A stretch of 63,957 bases of DNA, counting the filler, from Octopus bimaculoides (Eukaryota): assembly GCF_001194135.2 (NCBI RefSeq). It is 9 parts of 8 records of this genome, joined end to end, with 100 filler letters (N's around TTAATTAATTAA, not from the genome) between each part and the next. Parts side by side here need not be neighbours in the genome. Positions count along the whole stretch, not along the records: positions 16,234 to 35,057 come from NC_068984.1; 8 more parts are not named here. One strand, given 5' to 3'. This document shows, one piece after another, positions 20,151 to 33,319 of this stretch. Under the pieces are notes generated by a model. The model made no database searches. It worked only from the letters and a program-made list of their open reading frames with translations, and was not told where the DNA came from. Each line of letters starts with the position of its first letter. Positions within the stretch are counted from its first letter, which is position 1. A program made the position numbers and the translations under genes.

Positions 20151-23100
20151 TACCTTGATTGGGTTTCTTTCATAATAAATATTTTCATACGTACCTTTAG
20201 CATTTTTGATCTGCTATTGTAGAAATTGACAAAAATTGATAAAGACCGAGTGCTTAAAATATAAATCATAATCTAAAGTCCAAGTGGTTGAATGAAAAAT
20301 CACGGTGCGGAATACCTTTCAAACTATATTCGATTAACATGAATAATTACCTTTGAGACTAAAACGAAAGAGATGAGAAGACAAAGTGATTTGGATTCGA
20401 ACTCCGTTACCATTTTCATTTATACTTTTGGCAGCAAATTATGTTCACAAATTGAATTTCTACCCCTGGTGGCACACAAAGTCAATTGTTATTGGTGAAG
20501 AGTAACCAATGAGATGTCAAGAAAAAATTCAGTAGAACGTTATCTGTTGTTTTGAGCCGCCCCTGTCAACAAAAACATTATTTCAATTATACACCAGCAC
20601 GTTTAATTACACGAGGCAGAGGGAGACATCTGATTAATAACTTCACTGAAGAGACCAAGCAGCTACAAATATTCTAGATAACTTAAAGATGTGCATTGTT
20701 TTACGACTAAATCTATAATTTGATTCATTCCATCATTGCTACAGAAATTTAAGCAGGGGAGACTGCTGACAGTGATAAACATTCAAGTACATTAACTATT
20801 GTTTTATAATTAGAGTTTATCAAAACCATAATATTAAATACGTACTTGCCGTTCTATTTAATATTGCTGCGTTTTCCTCGCTAGTTTCCGATTGCAATTA
20901 TTCTATTACTTATCGCTTATTCATTATACAACACAAGAATTAATTACATACCAAATTTATATTGATAAACTTACTTTAAAATAAGTTTACTGCTTTATAT
21001 TCTCTAAAGAATAGTCAAACGTCTATATATGCGTCTTATGCGTGTGTGTGTGTAATATTACTTCTTCATTAGTCTGCATCCGTAACAAACTGCGTTGGCA
21101 TAGAATTGATGCACTAAGAAAATTAATTAGCATACCAGACAGAGATCGTTGTCATAATTGTTACAAACTTTTCTGAAATTCATTCTTAATATAACAAATG
21201 CAAACTGTAAAACTTTTGTAGCTCTTAAATTCCCTGTGATATTAAATACGTCTCAAGACGTCGGGAATATCTACATTGACCCCATGACAACGTTTGGTTT
21301 TATTATCAGGCAACTAGGTTGCACTGATGGTAATCATCTCGGCCGAGATCAGCAATTAGCAGACGACAACGGTTCGGCGTATATTTACGTCAGCTGCTTT
21401 AAATCATGCATTGTTTATTTATGCAAACGGTCATCACTGCGTGGACTGGAAATTCAACGAAACTGGCATGGCTGGATGCGACATTAAATTCCGTGAAGGA
21501 CAAGAAGAATTTGCTGAACGTGAACGTATTTGATAGGAAGTCATAGTGGAAATGGTAGGGTAACCGCCAAAACTGCTGCTTTTTTACTATTATGGTGACG
21601 AAGTCTCAAGCGGAGTTGGAAATATTTGCATGAAGAGTCTAACAAACCTCTCAGATTCCTTGAAATTTGCACGATGGCTTCTATTATCGATTCCATTAGT
21701 GGTAGCGGATATTTGTATCAACCGGTTCACAAGCAGGTACAAAACCGCAGCAGATAGGGCTGCGTATACTTTTCGTCATCTAATTCAAAGCACGTACACA
21801 GCGTAACGTAAGTTTACGTCAACTGCAGTTACGGGGTTAATGTTCACTTTTCCAAGACGTTATGAGTTGGACAAAAGTCATCGACCCGATGTGTTATGGC
21901 TGGATGCCCTTCCTGTCACCAACCCTCACCGATGCTTTCATTTTCCTTGAGCAGTCTTGCAAATTTTTATGAAAACGTGTTCTTTTGAGTACCCCTGCAC
22001 TTATTCACATTCGGCCTGTCGTTCTACCAAAATTCCATACTAAATACCTTCGATTATTCTTAAATACCAGAACTGACAGGCGTGTAACCCTGCACTGCCA
22101 AGGATTTCATTGCAGTCATAAATCAACGATTTGTCAAACGAGGAATCATCAATTGGGTTTGTAAAGCTCATCTGAACCTCCCCTAATTTTAGCCCTTTAG
22201 CATTCAGATTACTCTGTCAAATGAAATGATTTTTTATTCACTTTGTTTCGAATTAATCGTGCATTATTTTGTAGCTTCGAGATTTTGATGACATCATTTC
22301 TTCTATTTAGGATGGCGTTGTGGGATAGGTATGAGTGGCTAGAGCTAAACAGTTCGAACACAAAACAGAATGTTTGGGCCACGTATGTGCGGCTTAAGTA
22401 ATAAAGGGTTAAACTAATTATTTGTTGAACAAAGATTGTGAAACTAACAAAAGTTACCATGTAACATTCGTGACGGTCTTCGTGGATTCTGTTTACGGTT
22501 GGCGTGACAACAATATGCACGATAAATAGGAACAGCGAAGAAGTAGCATTGAAGGCATCAACGTAAGCTGGCGTTCATCATAGGTGATAAAGAGAGTGTG
22601 TTGTAATTATTAGTTTAACAGAAATTAACAGAAATTATGGTTATGATTGAATAGAGAAAACTGTGCGTGTCTTGTAACGTGACGTGGAATAACTTTCATA
22701 AAAGATATCAAGAAATAAGATAAAGCGAAGCAATTCCACTGCATAGTATCTTCTGAAAGACAAGTATTGGAAGAAGACACGGCATTGTTGAAGGAAAGAA
22801 GCAATCTATTATATTCAATATGCTGGATTTAATAAACTGGAATCATGAAGAATGTGTAAAATATCTTAAATTTATGACTTTTGTCACTCTTTTCTCCTTA
22901 TAATTCAACTATAAATATAATACTTGAAAGCAAGATGCTATTCCGCCATTGCTGCTTATTGAATCATACGGTTCTACAACTGTATATTTTTTTCTTTATT
23001 GGCGCCTTCAATGATACTTTTCTGACAAAAGAGAAAGTTATCTTCACTCTGTAGAAGTTGGTGATATTTAGCTATTTCAACGTACGGTTAATTTGCTTGT

Positions 23101-23539
23101 CAAATTTCACACAACATACTTATTTTGGCGGTTTTAAACTCGAATATATTTTACAGCTACAATAAAAATCTTCCTTGTTCAAAAATTTTTAGGTGTGTAA
23201 AGACGCTTGATTTATATCTATGTGGTCTACGATTCAGTCACACTACACGTTACCTTAGGCTAATGTCGTCTGCTATAGTACCTGGACGAGGCATGGCTTA
23301 TGAGGAAAATTGTGTTGAAGCTCGTACTGTAAATATATATATATATATATATANNNNNNNNNNNNNNNNNNNNNNNNNNNNNNNNNNNNNNNNNNNNNNN
23401 NNNNNNNNNNNNNNNNNNNNNNNNNNNNNNNNNNNNNNNNNNNNNNNNNNNNNNNNNNNNNNNNNNNNNNNNNNNNNNNNNNNNNNNNNNNNNNNNNNNN
23501 NNNNNNNNNNNNNNNNNNNNNNNNNNNNNNNNNNNNNNN

Positions 23540-23604
23540 AGAAGAAGAAGAAGAAGAAGAAGAAGAAGAAGAAGAAGAAGAAGAAGAAGAAGAAGAAGAA
23601 GAAG
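23540..23604. repeat. (AAG)n microsatellite; other (AAG)n arrays at 27445-27518 and 43268-43358
   Basis: Directly visible. Confidence 0.95.
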
Positions 23605-23652
23605 ATCAAAAAATACCTTAGGAATGAGAAGCCAAGTTCGAAATTTCCTCAA

Positions 23653-23698
23653 GATACCTGATGAAGGCTGGAGGTTATATCAGCTGAAACGTTGTGTT
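23653..23698 (+). ncRNA. Minimal type I hammerhead ribozyme-like motif (Penelope pLTR type)
   Basis: GATAC-CTGATGA-A-GGCTG(gaggttatat)CAGCT-GAAAC-GTT-GTGTT. Stem I is 5 bp (two G-U), stem II 5 bp, and helix III is the ACGT palindrome. Confidence 0.6.
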
Positions 23699-24603
23699 AA
23701 CAACAAACAAGATGAGGACAACTATCCGTCAAATGTAAATAATATAAATAATGTAAATAATGTATATAATGTACATAATTCCTCATCTCTTAAATATAGA
23801 ACAGTTGTAATTTTATGACATTAAATATTTAACTCCCTGAAATGACATGCTCCAAATTAACAAGCTAATTTATATTTAGTAGTTTAGAATATGAACTGAA
23901 TCATATTGACATTCTACACAGGAAAATAAATGAGAACATATAATCTATCTTTCTGTAATGGCCACAATGGATTTTTGTAGCTAATGGTATAAACAATTGC
24001 TGACGGTTTGTGATAAGGACAATCTTGAGAATTTGCGTATGTTCAGTTACTTAGCACCGGTTCTCCTTTCAATCAGCTCTAGTAGAACTTATTACGTGAA
24101 AACGTGTAAATGCTCACAGTCAAAGTTTTCATAATCCTCTTCGATTAGAATATTTCAGATTTATGTCAGGATTACCACACCTTATGCTGCATTACAACAG
24201 CTAATTCTGTTTAGATATTAAGTTAACGGAAAAACTGACATGTTGAAACGACCGATCACGTCTTGTTTGGAGATGATTTCTATAACCTTACCTTGTGACT
24301 AACTAAAATTATTTATCTCCTCTGCCTTAGATTCAACCACAAAATCTGATAATAGGGATCCACTGTAATATTAAATATTATCTTTAAATGTGTAATAAAT
24401 TACATCACTGAACAGTTTGAAAATGGATTGAATATACTATGCGCGCACACATAGTTCTTCGGTTTATAAGTTAGCTTTAAAATCACATTGTTTCAGATTG
24501 AAATTCTCTCCGCAGGTCATCGGATGAGTGGTTTCTGTGTTAGTCTCCTACTACTGAGTAGAAGTGGTTTGATACCTACGAAGAAATACTGTAGAGGCGT
24601 GTT

Positions 24604-24651
<48 letters not shown>

Positions 24652-24755
24652 TCACACAGATATATCTATATCTGTGCGTGTGTGTGTATGAGATAAGAAG
24701 CTTTAGTGGAGACCTGGCAGAATCGTTACAGAAGCAAAGGGGCTATGCTCCTTCC

Positions 24756-24861
24756 GAGCGTTGGGTCCCAGGGAGGCAAAGTGGCTGAGTGCCTTTAGAG
24801 CGTTGGGCCTCACAGAGGCAAAGTGGCTGAGTTCGTTTCGAGCATTGGGCTTCACGGAGGC
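24756..24861. repeat. 42-bp GC-rich tandem repeat x2.5
   Basis: Units GAGCGTTGGG...GAGGCAAAGTGGCTGAGT start at 24756, 24798 and 24840. Confidence 0.9.
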
Positions 24862-24958
24862 TCTTTTGACAAACCGCTAAGTTACGGGGACGGTAAACAC
24901 ACCAGCATCGGTTGTCAAGCAATGGTGTGGGGACAAACAGAGACACAAGCAAAAAACT

Positions 24959-25011
<53 letters not shown>

Positions 25012-25148
25012 GGCAGGCTTCTTTCAGTTTCCGTCTACCAAATCCACTCACAAGGCTTTAGTCGGCCCGAGGCTATAGTAGAAGACAGTCGCCTAAAGTG
25101 CCACGCAGTGGGGCTGAACCCGGAGTCATGTGGTTCAGAAGCAAGCTT
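24862..25148 (-). mobile_element. SINE family B, truncated at both ends
   Basis: Body, internal CA/TA tract and CORE/head match family B. Confidence 0.85.
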
Positions 25149-25381
25149 CTTATTTCTTTACTGCCTACAAGGGGCTATATACTGAGAGGACAAACAAGGA
25201 CAGACAAATGGATTAAGTCGATTACATCGACTCCAGTGCATAACTGGTACTTATTTAATCGGCCCCGAAAGGATGAAAGGCAAAGTCGACCTCGGCGGAA
25301 ATTGAACTAAGAACGTAAAGACAAACGAAATACCGCTAAGCATTTCGCCCGGCGTGCTAACGTTTCGGCCAGCTTGCTGCC
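25149..25381 (-). mobile_element. SINE family A with tail type 2
   Basis: Standard head and central domain, but the minus-strand tail is TTTGTCTGTCCTTGTTTGTCC..TAGCCCCTTGTAGGCAGTAAAGAAAT. Confidence 0.85.
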
Positions 25382-26489
25382 TATATATACATACACATAT
25401 TAAAAGATAAATGCTGAACACGCCGTGTAACTAGAAGAATTTATTGGCACAACAATCGTTTCGGCTTCCTACTGTAGCATGTCCATTCGATTGTTAGTAA
25501 CATGCATAACGTCGTAAAAGATATATCACCCACTAATGCGGAAGATTTTGTTCTCTTGAATCATGTGAGAGCGCCGAAATTGTTCTTATAGAGTTTAAGA
25601 CAATTCTATGGGTTGACAACATATGTCACCAAATCTCCTGCTGTCGAAATAGTTATTGTGTGCATTTATCAAATTATATATATATATATATATATATATT
25701 GATATGCATGTATATACACATATAGATGTAAGTATGTACATATATGTGTGTATACATGTATATATATTCTTTGTATTATATATATATATACTTCATTAGA
25801 AATGCAGAGACGCCTATAATAGGACATCTACTCGCTAGAAATAGCAGCAAAAATACTACATACCACAAAGGTTAGGGATAATTTCGAAAGGAAATGAAAA
25901 ATAAAAACTTTTACCAATCTATATTCTGTACCATGGTTTCAAGTCAATTTTAGTAAGATAAAGATTGTATCTTACAAGGTCAGACTATCGTCAGCAGAAT
26001 TGACCANNNNNNNNNNNNNNNNNNNNNNNNNNNNNNNNNNNNNNNNNNNNNNNNNNNNNNNNNNNNNNNNNNNNNNNNNNNNNNNNNNNNNNNNNNNNNN
26101 NNNNNNNNNNNNNNNNNNNNNNNNNNNNNNNNNNNNNNNNNNNNNNNNNNNNNNNNNNNNNNNNNNNNNNNNNNNNNNNNNNNNNNNNNNNNNNNNNNNN
26201 NNNNNNNNNNNNNNNNNNNNNNNNNNNNNNNNNNNNNNNNNNNNNNNNNNNNNNNNNNNNNNNNNNNNNNNNNNNNNNNNNNNNNNNNNNNNNNNNNNNN
26301 NNNNNNNNNNNNNNNNNNNNNNNNNNNNNNNNNNNNNNNNNNNNNNNNNNNNNNNNNNNNNNNNNNNNNNNNNNNNNNNNNNNNNNNNNNNNNNNNNNNN
26401 NNNNNNNNNNNNNNNNNNNNNNNNNNNNNNNNNNNNNNNNNNNNNNNNNNNNNNNNNNNNNNNNNNNNNNNNNNNNNTATGTATAGGTG

Positions 26490-26820
26490 CATATCTGGGT
26501 ACAGGACATTGCAAACAAACGTAGACGAGAACACACGAGCCACATAGAGAACATTCTACTTCATCAGCTACCCACGTTTTAACACCGGCGTTTCGACGAG
26601 CTTCGGGCAGGACGCAACGTTAAAACGGCTCGTCCCATGGATCGCAGATTAAATCTGTATACGCAAATTAAATCTAGCCATGGAGGAATGTAGTGGCGGA
26701 CGAAAAACAAGACAGGAAAACAAACAGAAGGCTTTACGGCCAGACGAGAAAAATTATGTGTGTATGAACGCGATGAGGCACGGAACCGAGAGAGACAAAG
26801 TGGTAGCGTGTGTTATATTG
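26490..26820. repeat. Unclassified GC-richer element with strong internal complementarity, possibly a retroelement terminal region
   Basis: CGTTTTAAC/GTTAAAACG and GACGAGC/GCTCGTC pairs; CTGATGAAG on the minus strand. Confidence 0.35.
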
Positions 26821-27029
26821 TTAGATTAGTATTTTAGATATAACTTTCTATGTGTACTCCAGAAAATAAGGTTTTCTTGATATTGAAGTTGTGGTCCTAT
26901 TGGTAAAATGCCAAATTTGTAATACTATTATAATTGATACTGTTTGCTTTGCATTAGTAAAGTGTAAAATAGTAAATATCCTGATAACCTGGAATAATTA
27001 ATATTCCCTAAATTTCTTTAAAATATATA

Positions 27030-27178
27030 CAACGGGCTTCTTTTAGTTTCGATCCACGAAATCCTCTCAGAAGGTTTTGGTCGGCCCGAAGCTATGGTAG
27101 AAGACACTCACCCAAAGTGCCATGCCGTGGGACTGAACCCGGAATCATATGGTTGGGAAGCAAGCTTCTTATACCAGT
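27030..27178 (-). mobile_element. SINE family B head
   Basis: GGTCGGCCCGAAGCTATGGTAGAAGACAC...GGGACTGAACCCGG matches the family B head. Confidence 0.8.
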
Positions 27179-27488
27179 TTACACAAAAATTCTAAATGAG
27201 AATTAACGTAATGTTTGCGGTTTTATACATTAGAGAGGCACTTTATCAGACTTGCATATCAGAGGTGTTGTCTTATTGTGCATCTTTGGCTTATATCAGA
27301 AAGAAACAAAAAATAGGGAAGAAAAGTAAAAATGTGGATATGGAATGAGTAAGTGAGGTAGAGATTATGTAGGGGGGGAATCAAGAGGAAGGATACGCAG
27401 AATAAGAGGTGGGAAAAAGAGGAGGAGCAGGAGGGGAAACGAGCAGAAGAAGAAGAAGAAGAAGAAGAAGAAGAAGAAGAAGAAGAAG

Positions 27489-27519
<31 letters not shown>

Positions 27520-27938
27520 GGTAGTGGCTGAACAATATAGATTAAATTAAGTAGGACCATACATTGCAAAATTGTTATGCCTTGGCACATGCTTGTGGTC
27601 GGTCAGTTCCACAGTTACCGACATTCGTCTGATGGATGAAGATTTATTTGATCACTAGACGACATTCACCAGTGACAACTGAAAGTGAAAAGAACTATTA
27701 AATAGAAGGCTTGACAATTGCCGAGGAGCCAAGTTTGTTTGTGGTGGGAGAGTAGTGTGGTCAGTGGTAGGATAGCATAAATCTGCTCCGAACTAGCAGA
27801 CCTATTTTGTGACCCTGGAGTGTGTAGGCAAGGGAAAAAGAGATGGAAAGTGAAAGAGAAAGAGACGAAGAAGGAGAAAAAGAGGAAGAATTCTAATAGA
27901 GGCAGTTTTGGACTAAAAGTTAAAACAGATATTAGTGT

Positions 27939-27987
<49 letters not shown>

Positions 27988-29167
27988 GATATACTGATAT
28001 ATTCTTCGCATTTGAATAAACATGTCTGTGTATGAGTCTATCAATTGTTATATTATAGATAAATTTTGAACTGTATCTGTGTCTACAAGAATATCTATGT
28101 ATGTCAAGATATTCATCTCTCCAGATAATTAGTGCTTTGAAAATCACTGAACAGAGAAATTATGGGCGAAGTAGGGCGGTGAAGGGCGGATTGTGGGTAT
28201 GTAGTTTTATTTTTGTAATTTGCTCTTTTCTTTAATCAAATCTATTTTTCTTTTCATTTTCCGCCATGTTTCCGACTTGCGATGAACTCTGGATCAAATC
28301 AGTAATGAAATTTTCATAAATCATTTAGGTTTCACTTTATATAATTCAGTAATTCGGAATATATTTGACATATTATAGTGAAATATTGGTTCACTAATGA
28401 TATAAAAAAGATTTATCAAAGAAGAAGGTGAAAAGGGAGAAGAGGCGTAATTAGGACGATGAAAAAACGCTATTATAATGTTCTCATCATTTAAATGTTA
28501 AATCAAAAGTATCCAGCACAATCGTTATTGAATTAATAATGAATTCCGCATTTCGTCCCTAATCACTCCGAAATTAAAATAGAAATTCTACTGAAGGCTG
28601 CTGGAATATTATGCAAGGAATTAACCATAGTAATATTTAGTCTGAATATAATATAGAATCATGTGATGCTGATTGATTTGATCTTTACACTGTTATTCAT
28701 GGTTTTTCTAAATATAATTTTAATTAATAAGGCATACGCTAAATATATCCAACGCGAGAATTATTAATTGACATTTAAAACGGAGGCACCAAACGCGCTG
28801 TCCGCGGTAATGTTTAATTCTTTTTCTTTTCTTTTTTTTTTCGTTTTACTTGTTTCAGTCTTTCGACGGCGGCTACGCAAGGGCACCACCATGAACATTT
28901 TTTGTCGAATGAATACACTCCAGTATTTTTTTTTAAAGGCCAATACTTATTTTATCGATATATTTTGTCCAACCACGAAGTTACTGGGACAGAAATACCA
29001 TCAGCACCGGCTGTCAAGTGGTGGTTAGGAGACATTGTCCGAGGTCGTGCCACTGTACGAGTAACCATGTGGTTGCGAAGGAAAACTTTTACCACACAGC
29101 CACTATTCTGCTTTTTGAGATCTGGCAAACAATTTATTAGTAGTTATTTTTTATTTAATTTCATAGC

Positions 29168-29204
<37 letters not shown>

Positions 29205-29302
29205 GTCCACTCAGTTTCAACTGAGAGTGTAAAGAACGCGAAGAGATGCTCCCAAACGCTTTCCTGTACGCAAAGGATTGCGTAAATTTATAGAATTTGT
29301 AG

Positions 29303-30115
29303 GAGGCGGCGGTGAGCTGGAAGAATTGGTAGCACACCTACCAGAATGCTTAGCGGCATTTCATCCGTCTTTACACTCTTCGTGCAAATTTCACTCAGGT
29401 CGAGTTTTGCCCTTCATCTTTTGGAATCGATAAAATAAATACAAGTCGGTATAAGCGACTTATCCCCTCCTATGATCTTGCTGGCCTTGTGCCAAAATTC
29501 GAAGCCACTTTATCAAACTCGTTCTTCTAATTTAGCCTCAAGGCCAGCAAGTCTAGGAGGTAGTGACGTTAGTTGATTACTGGACAGTCACCTTATTTCA
29601 TCAACAGTAGAAAGACGAAAATTAGATATATCACAGACCCTAAAGAACCGGATAAAATACTTCGTGATATTTTGTCCGATGTTCCATGGATTCTGACAAC
29701 CTGCTGCCTTAGTAATTGCTTCTAATTTGGCTTTAAGATCAATAATATTAATGAAAAACATCTGATTGATTATGTCGGTTACAATATTTGAGTGTTTCCT
29801 TTATTTTATAGAGCCCAAAAGCATGATAGGTAAAGTTAATCCTAATGGGATGCGAACTCATAATATAAACCTAACTAATACTCCAACGATTCTGCCAAAC
29901 CTCCAACTTAATAACTCTTTCGAGATTTTCTCCACGGTCAGAGATTTTGAGGGGAGGGGCTAAGTTGATTCAATTAACTCCAGTACCTTACAAGCCCTTA
30001 TTTTATCAACCCTGGAAAGATCAAAGACGAAGCTGATCCTTGCAGCGATTGAACCCAAAACGTAAAAATGGCGAAAGAAATGTCAAAAATTCGCCCGTTA
30101 ATGATTGTGTCAGCT

Positions 30116-30169
<54 letters not shown>

Positions 30170-30345
30170 TCTTTCTACTCTTGGCATAAAGCCTGAAATT
30201 TTTGGGGAAGGGGCGAGTCGATTACATCGGTCCCAGTACTCAACTGGTACTTATTTAATCGACCCTGAAACGGTAAAAGGCAAAGTCGACCTGCGCGGAA
30301 TTTGAACTCAGAAAGTAAAGACGGGCGAAATGCAGGTAAGCATTT
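29303..30345. mobile_element. Cluster of four SINE-A copies (+ 29303-29510; - 29530-29715; - 29900-30105; - 30170-30345), with an (AAT)n tail at 30115-30170
   Basis: Repeated head, central and tail motifs of differing divergence. Confidence 0.75.
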
Positions 30346-30515
30346 TATCAACCCAATAATTGATCCATCACGTCTGATTCTTTCTAGGAAAGAGTGTTTT
30401 AAGCACTTGAAAGAATATCCAAAACTTATGGATACTTAAGGTTACAACTAGTAACACATTACCCACATGAATTCTACCACGAATACGAACGAACCCGAGT
30501 CAAATAATCAATAAT

Positions 30516-30547
<32 letters not shown>

Positions 30548-31360
30548 CTATGTCTACTAAGACGACGATGACAACAATAATATAACTTAGAAAAATACAC
30601 AAAAATATTGCGAGATCAATGGAATTAATGGGTAAGGGAAGAGAAAGCGGAAAAAAAGCAACGCCAATAAATAAATAAAGGCTAGGAAGAAATAATGAGT
30701 GACAATAAATAAAAAGAAAAGAGTATATTGGCTAGGAGCAGAAAAACAAAGAGAAAGTAATAAGAAATGGAAATTTAGAAAGAATGATGGCGAAACCTGA
30801 CCATGATAAAGTAGTTGAAGCGAAATGAAATGATAAATTACGTTGCGTTAAGTATTTAAACAATATGTAGATGTTCGTTCTTTCAAAATGACTACCATAA
30901 ATAATAAATTTCGAAACGTCAGAATTTATCGAAAATATAATTAACCTTTAATCAAAAGTAGAAATATATTTCCAATGGTTTTCCATTTTTTATTATTATT
31001 ATTATTATTATTTATTTTTTTTTTTTTTGGCAGCGGGGTTTGCCTTGTTGATGTGTATTGTTCTTTCTACGAAAATACACAGATGGCAATGGTTTCTTTG
31101 AATTACAGTACAACTGAAGACGTCGGTTGATTTATTTAAGCTATTTTGTTGTAAACCAATTAACTTCTAATCTAAAAACAGCGCTTCTTATCCTGCACTA
31201 TGAACTGCAGTTTCAAAAAAAAAAAAAAACACAGACCGTCATCTCGGCTTGTTTTACTGCAATATTAGTCTTTGCATTCAACAGCAAATAAATTAGCTAC
31301 GTAGAAGCTACGAAGATGATGCCAGTCATTTAATCAATGTATTTTCAAGTCGAAAGTTAA

Positions 31361-31790
31361 GGCGGCAAGCTGGTAGAATCACCAGAACCTCAAAACATAG
31401 AAACATTTAGAAGTATTTGTTTCAACTCATTACACTACATTCCGAGTTCAAATTCCTCTGGGATGTGTAAATTAAAGAACCAGCGATGTACTGAGACGTA
31501 GGGTATCAACTTACCCCCTTCTTTCGAAATTGTGGGACTTGAGCCCAAATTTAAAATCATTGAAACAGCAAGCTGTTTGAATCTTTAGAGCATCGGAAAA
31601 ATTACCCTGCAGTATGTGCTCCAGACGTTTGCGTTGGGCGTTTAAACCACACCGCAGTGAACGTTTTTCCTTATGGTCCTTTTGGAGTTGATAAATAATA
31701 TGCCTACCAGCAGTAGAATTGAGGCTATCAACTAGTACTTTCTCCTCAGAATTGCTACCTCGAAATATTACTAAGATTTTAAGGCAAGAT
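31361..31790 (+). mobile_element. Two old tandem SINE-A copies
   Basis: GGCGGCAAGCTGGTAGAATC and CCGAGTTCAAATTCC, followed by a second more decayed copy. Confidence 0.6.
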
Positions 31791-31944
31791 TTTACCCTCT
31801 TCGCAATCTTGAGGCGATGTCCCAGCGTAACCGCAGTTCAATGATTGAAATGTAAAAGATAATAGATTATAATTGGTTCAACTCATTTCAGTAACATGCA
31901 AGGAGGTTCGACCTTTAAAGTACAGGATATTAATTAGAATTTAA

Positions 31945-32236
31945 CCCATTACCTACCAGTGATCTCATATGAGATAACTTAGAAATTATAAATTTCGTAA
32001 TTATTTGTCAAAATTTACACATATCTAACCTTTTTGCTATATCTACTAGGTATATTTCTCTGATATTCAAATGATGTTTGCTAATTTTTCACCCAATATC
32101 TAGCTTATTTCTATTTAAAATGTTATTGTGAAATGTTAACTTGATCATTCCAGCGTGTTTCTAAGGCTGTTTTATGCTAGAAATCAAACTTTCATAAAAA
32201 AAAAATCCAGTTAATAGAATTATGGGAGGTAATGGG
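31945..32236. mobile_element. piggyBac-type MITE (TTAA TSD)
   Basis: TTAA-CCCATTACCTACC ... GGGAGGTAATGGG-TTAA: 13-bp TIR with 1 mismatch, CCC/GGG ends. Confidence 0.85.
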
Positions 32237-32274
32237 TTAAGTCCGTGAAAATATAAGATTCCTTAGTTACTACA

Positions 32275-32795
32275 ACCAAGAGGGAAAGTTGGCAGAATCA
32301 TTAGTGCGTCGGACAACATGCTTAGTGGCATTTCTATTGGCTGCGTCCAAATTCCATCGAATTCGACTTTACCTTTTGATCTCATCGGGTCAATAAACTA
32401 GGTTCAATGTAAACGATTACACTCTCTTATCGAATAGTTGTTCTGTCAAAATTTGAAACAACTATTAAATAAAATGATTGGATTGAAAGTAATTACCTTT
32501 CGATGTAAATGTCTTACGAAAAAGTCAATTGTTAACCTATTGTTCTGCATTTCTAACTAAGTTAAAACCCATCTTTAGACAAATAAACTGTATATTGTAA
32601 TTATTCTTGAGATATTCAGTTCATTGTGTTGCTTTGCCTCACTCATAACACATCTTAAGAAACATTCTTTTCTACCCTAGGCGCAAAGGCCGAATGTTTT
32701 GGGGAGGGGGCCAGTCGATTAGATCGACTCCAGTACGCAACTGGTACTTAATTTATCAACCCTGAAAGGATGAAAGGCAAAGCCGACGCCGAGAT
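32275..32795. mobile_element. SINE-A copies (+ 32275-32465 old; - 32668-32795 tail and central domain)
   Basis: Family A motifs. Confidence 0.7.
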
Positions 32796-32914
32796 TTTAG
32801 ACATGAATAAATCAATGAATACGCTTCATTTTATTTAGAGCTTACATCCTTGAGCAAGAAGCGTTTAAATTAACAATTTACAGAAGACTTTTCAAAGAAT
32901 GTTTTTATTCCTGT

Positions 32915-33285
32915 GTTTTTTTTTTTCTTACGTGTTTCAGTCATTTGACTGCGGCCATGCTAGGGCACCACCTTGAAGGGTTTTAGTCGATCAAATCGAC
33001 CCTAGGATTATTTCTCAAGTCTGATACTTATGCGATCGTTCTCTTTTGCGGAGCCTCTAGGTTACGGGGACGTAAACACATCAACACCAGACAAGCACAG
33101 ACGCACAAATACACACACACACATACACGCACACATACATACATACATGCATACATATACATATGTAAGACAGAATTCTTTTAGTTTCTGTCTACCGAAT
33201 CCACTCACAAACTTTGGTTCAGTGGGACTGAACATGGAACCATGCGGTTGAGAGGCAAGCTCCTTACCACATACCCACACACGAG
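32915..33285 (-). mobile_element. SINE family B
   Basis: Tail, body, internal CA/CATA tract and head in order. Confidence 0.8.
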
Positions 33286-33319
33286 ACGATGGTGGTTAGT
33301 TATGTAATGCATTCAGATC

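Noticed and set aside
26540-26600. Type II hammerhead from GAAAC...CTGATGAAG on the minus strand
   Set aside because: Stem I and stem II cannot be formed convincingly.
28170-28270. Two GGGCGG boxes and a CCGCCATGTT (YY1/Kozak-like) motif as a promoter
   Set aside because: Short motifs expected by chance; no downstream ORF or exon support.
30360-30520. Possible third Dong 3' end before (AAC)n
   Set aside because: Only a vague similarity (KSVLST) and no diagnostic motif.
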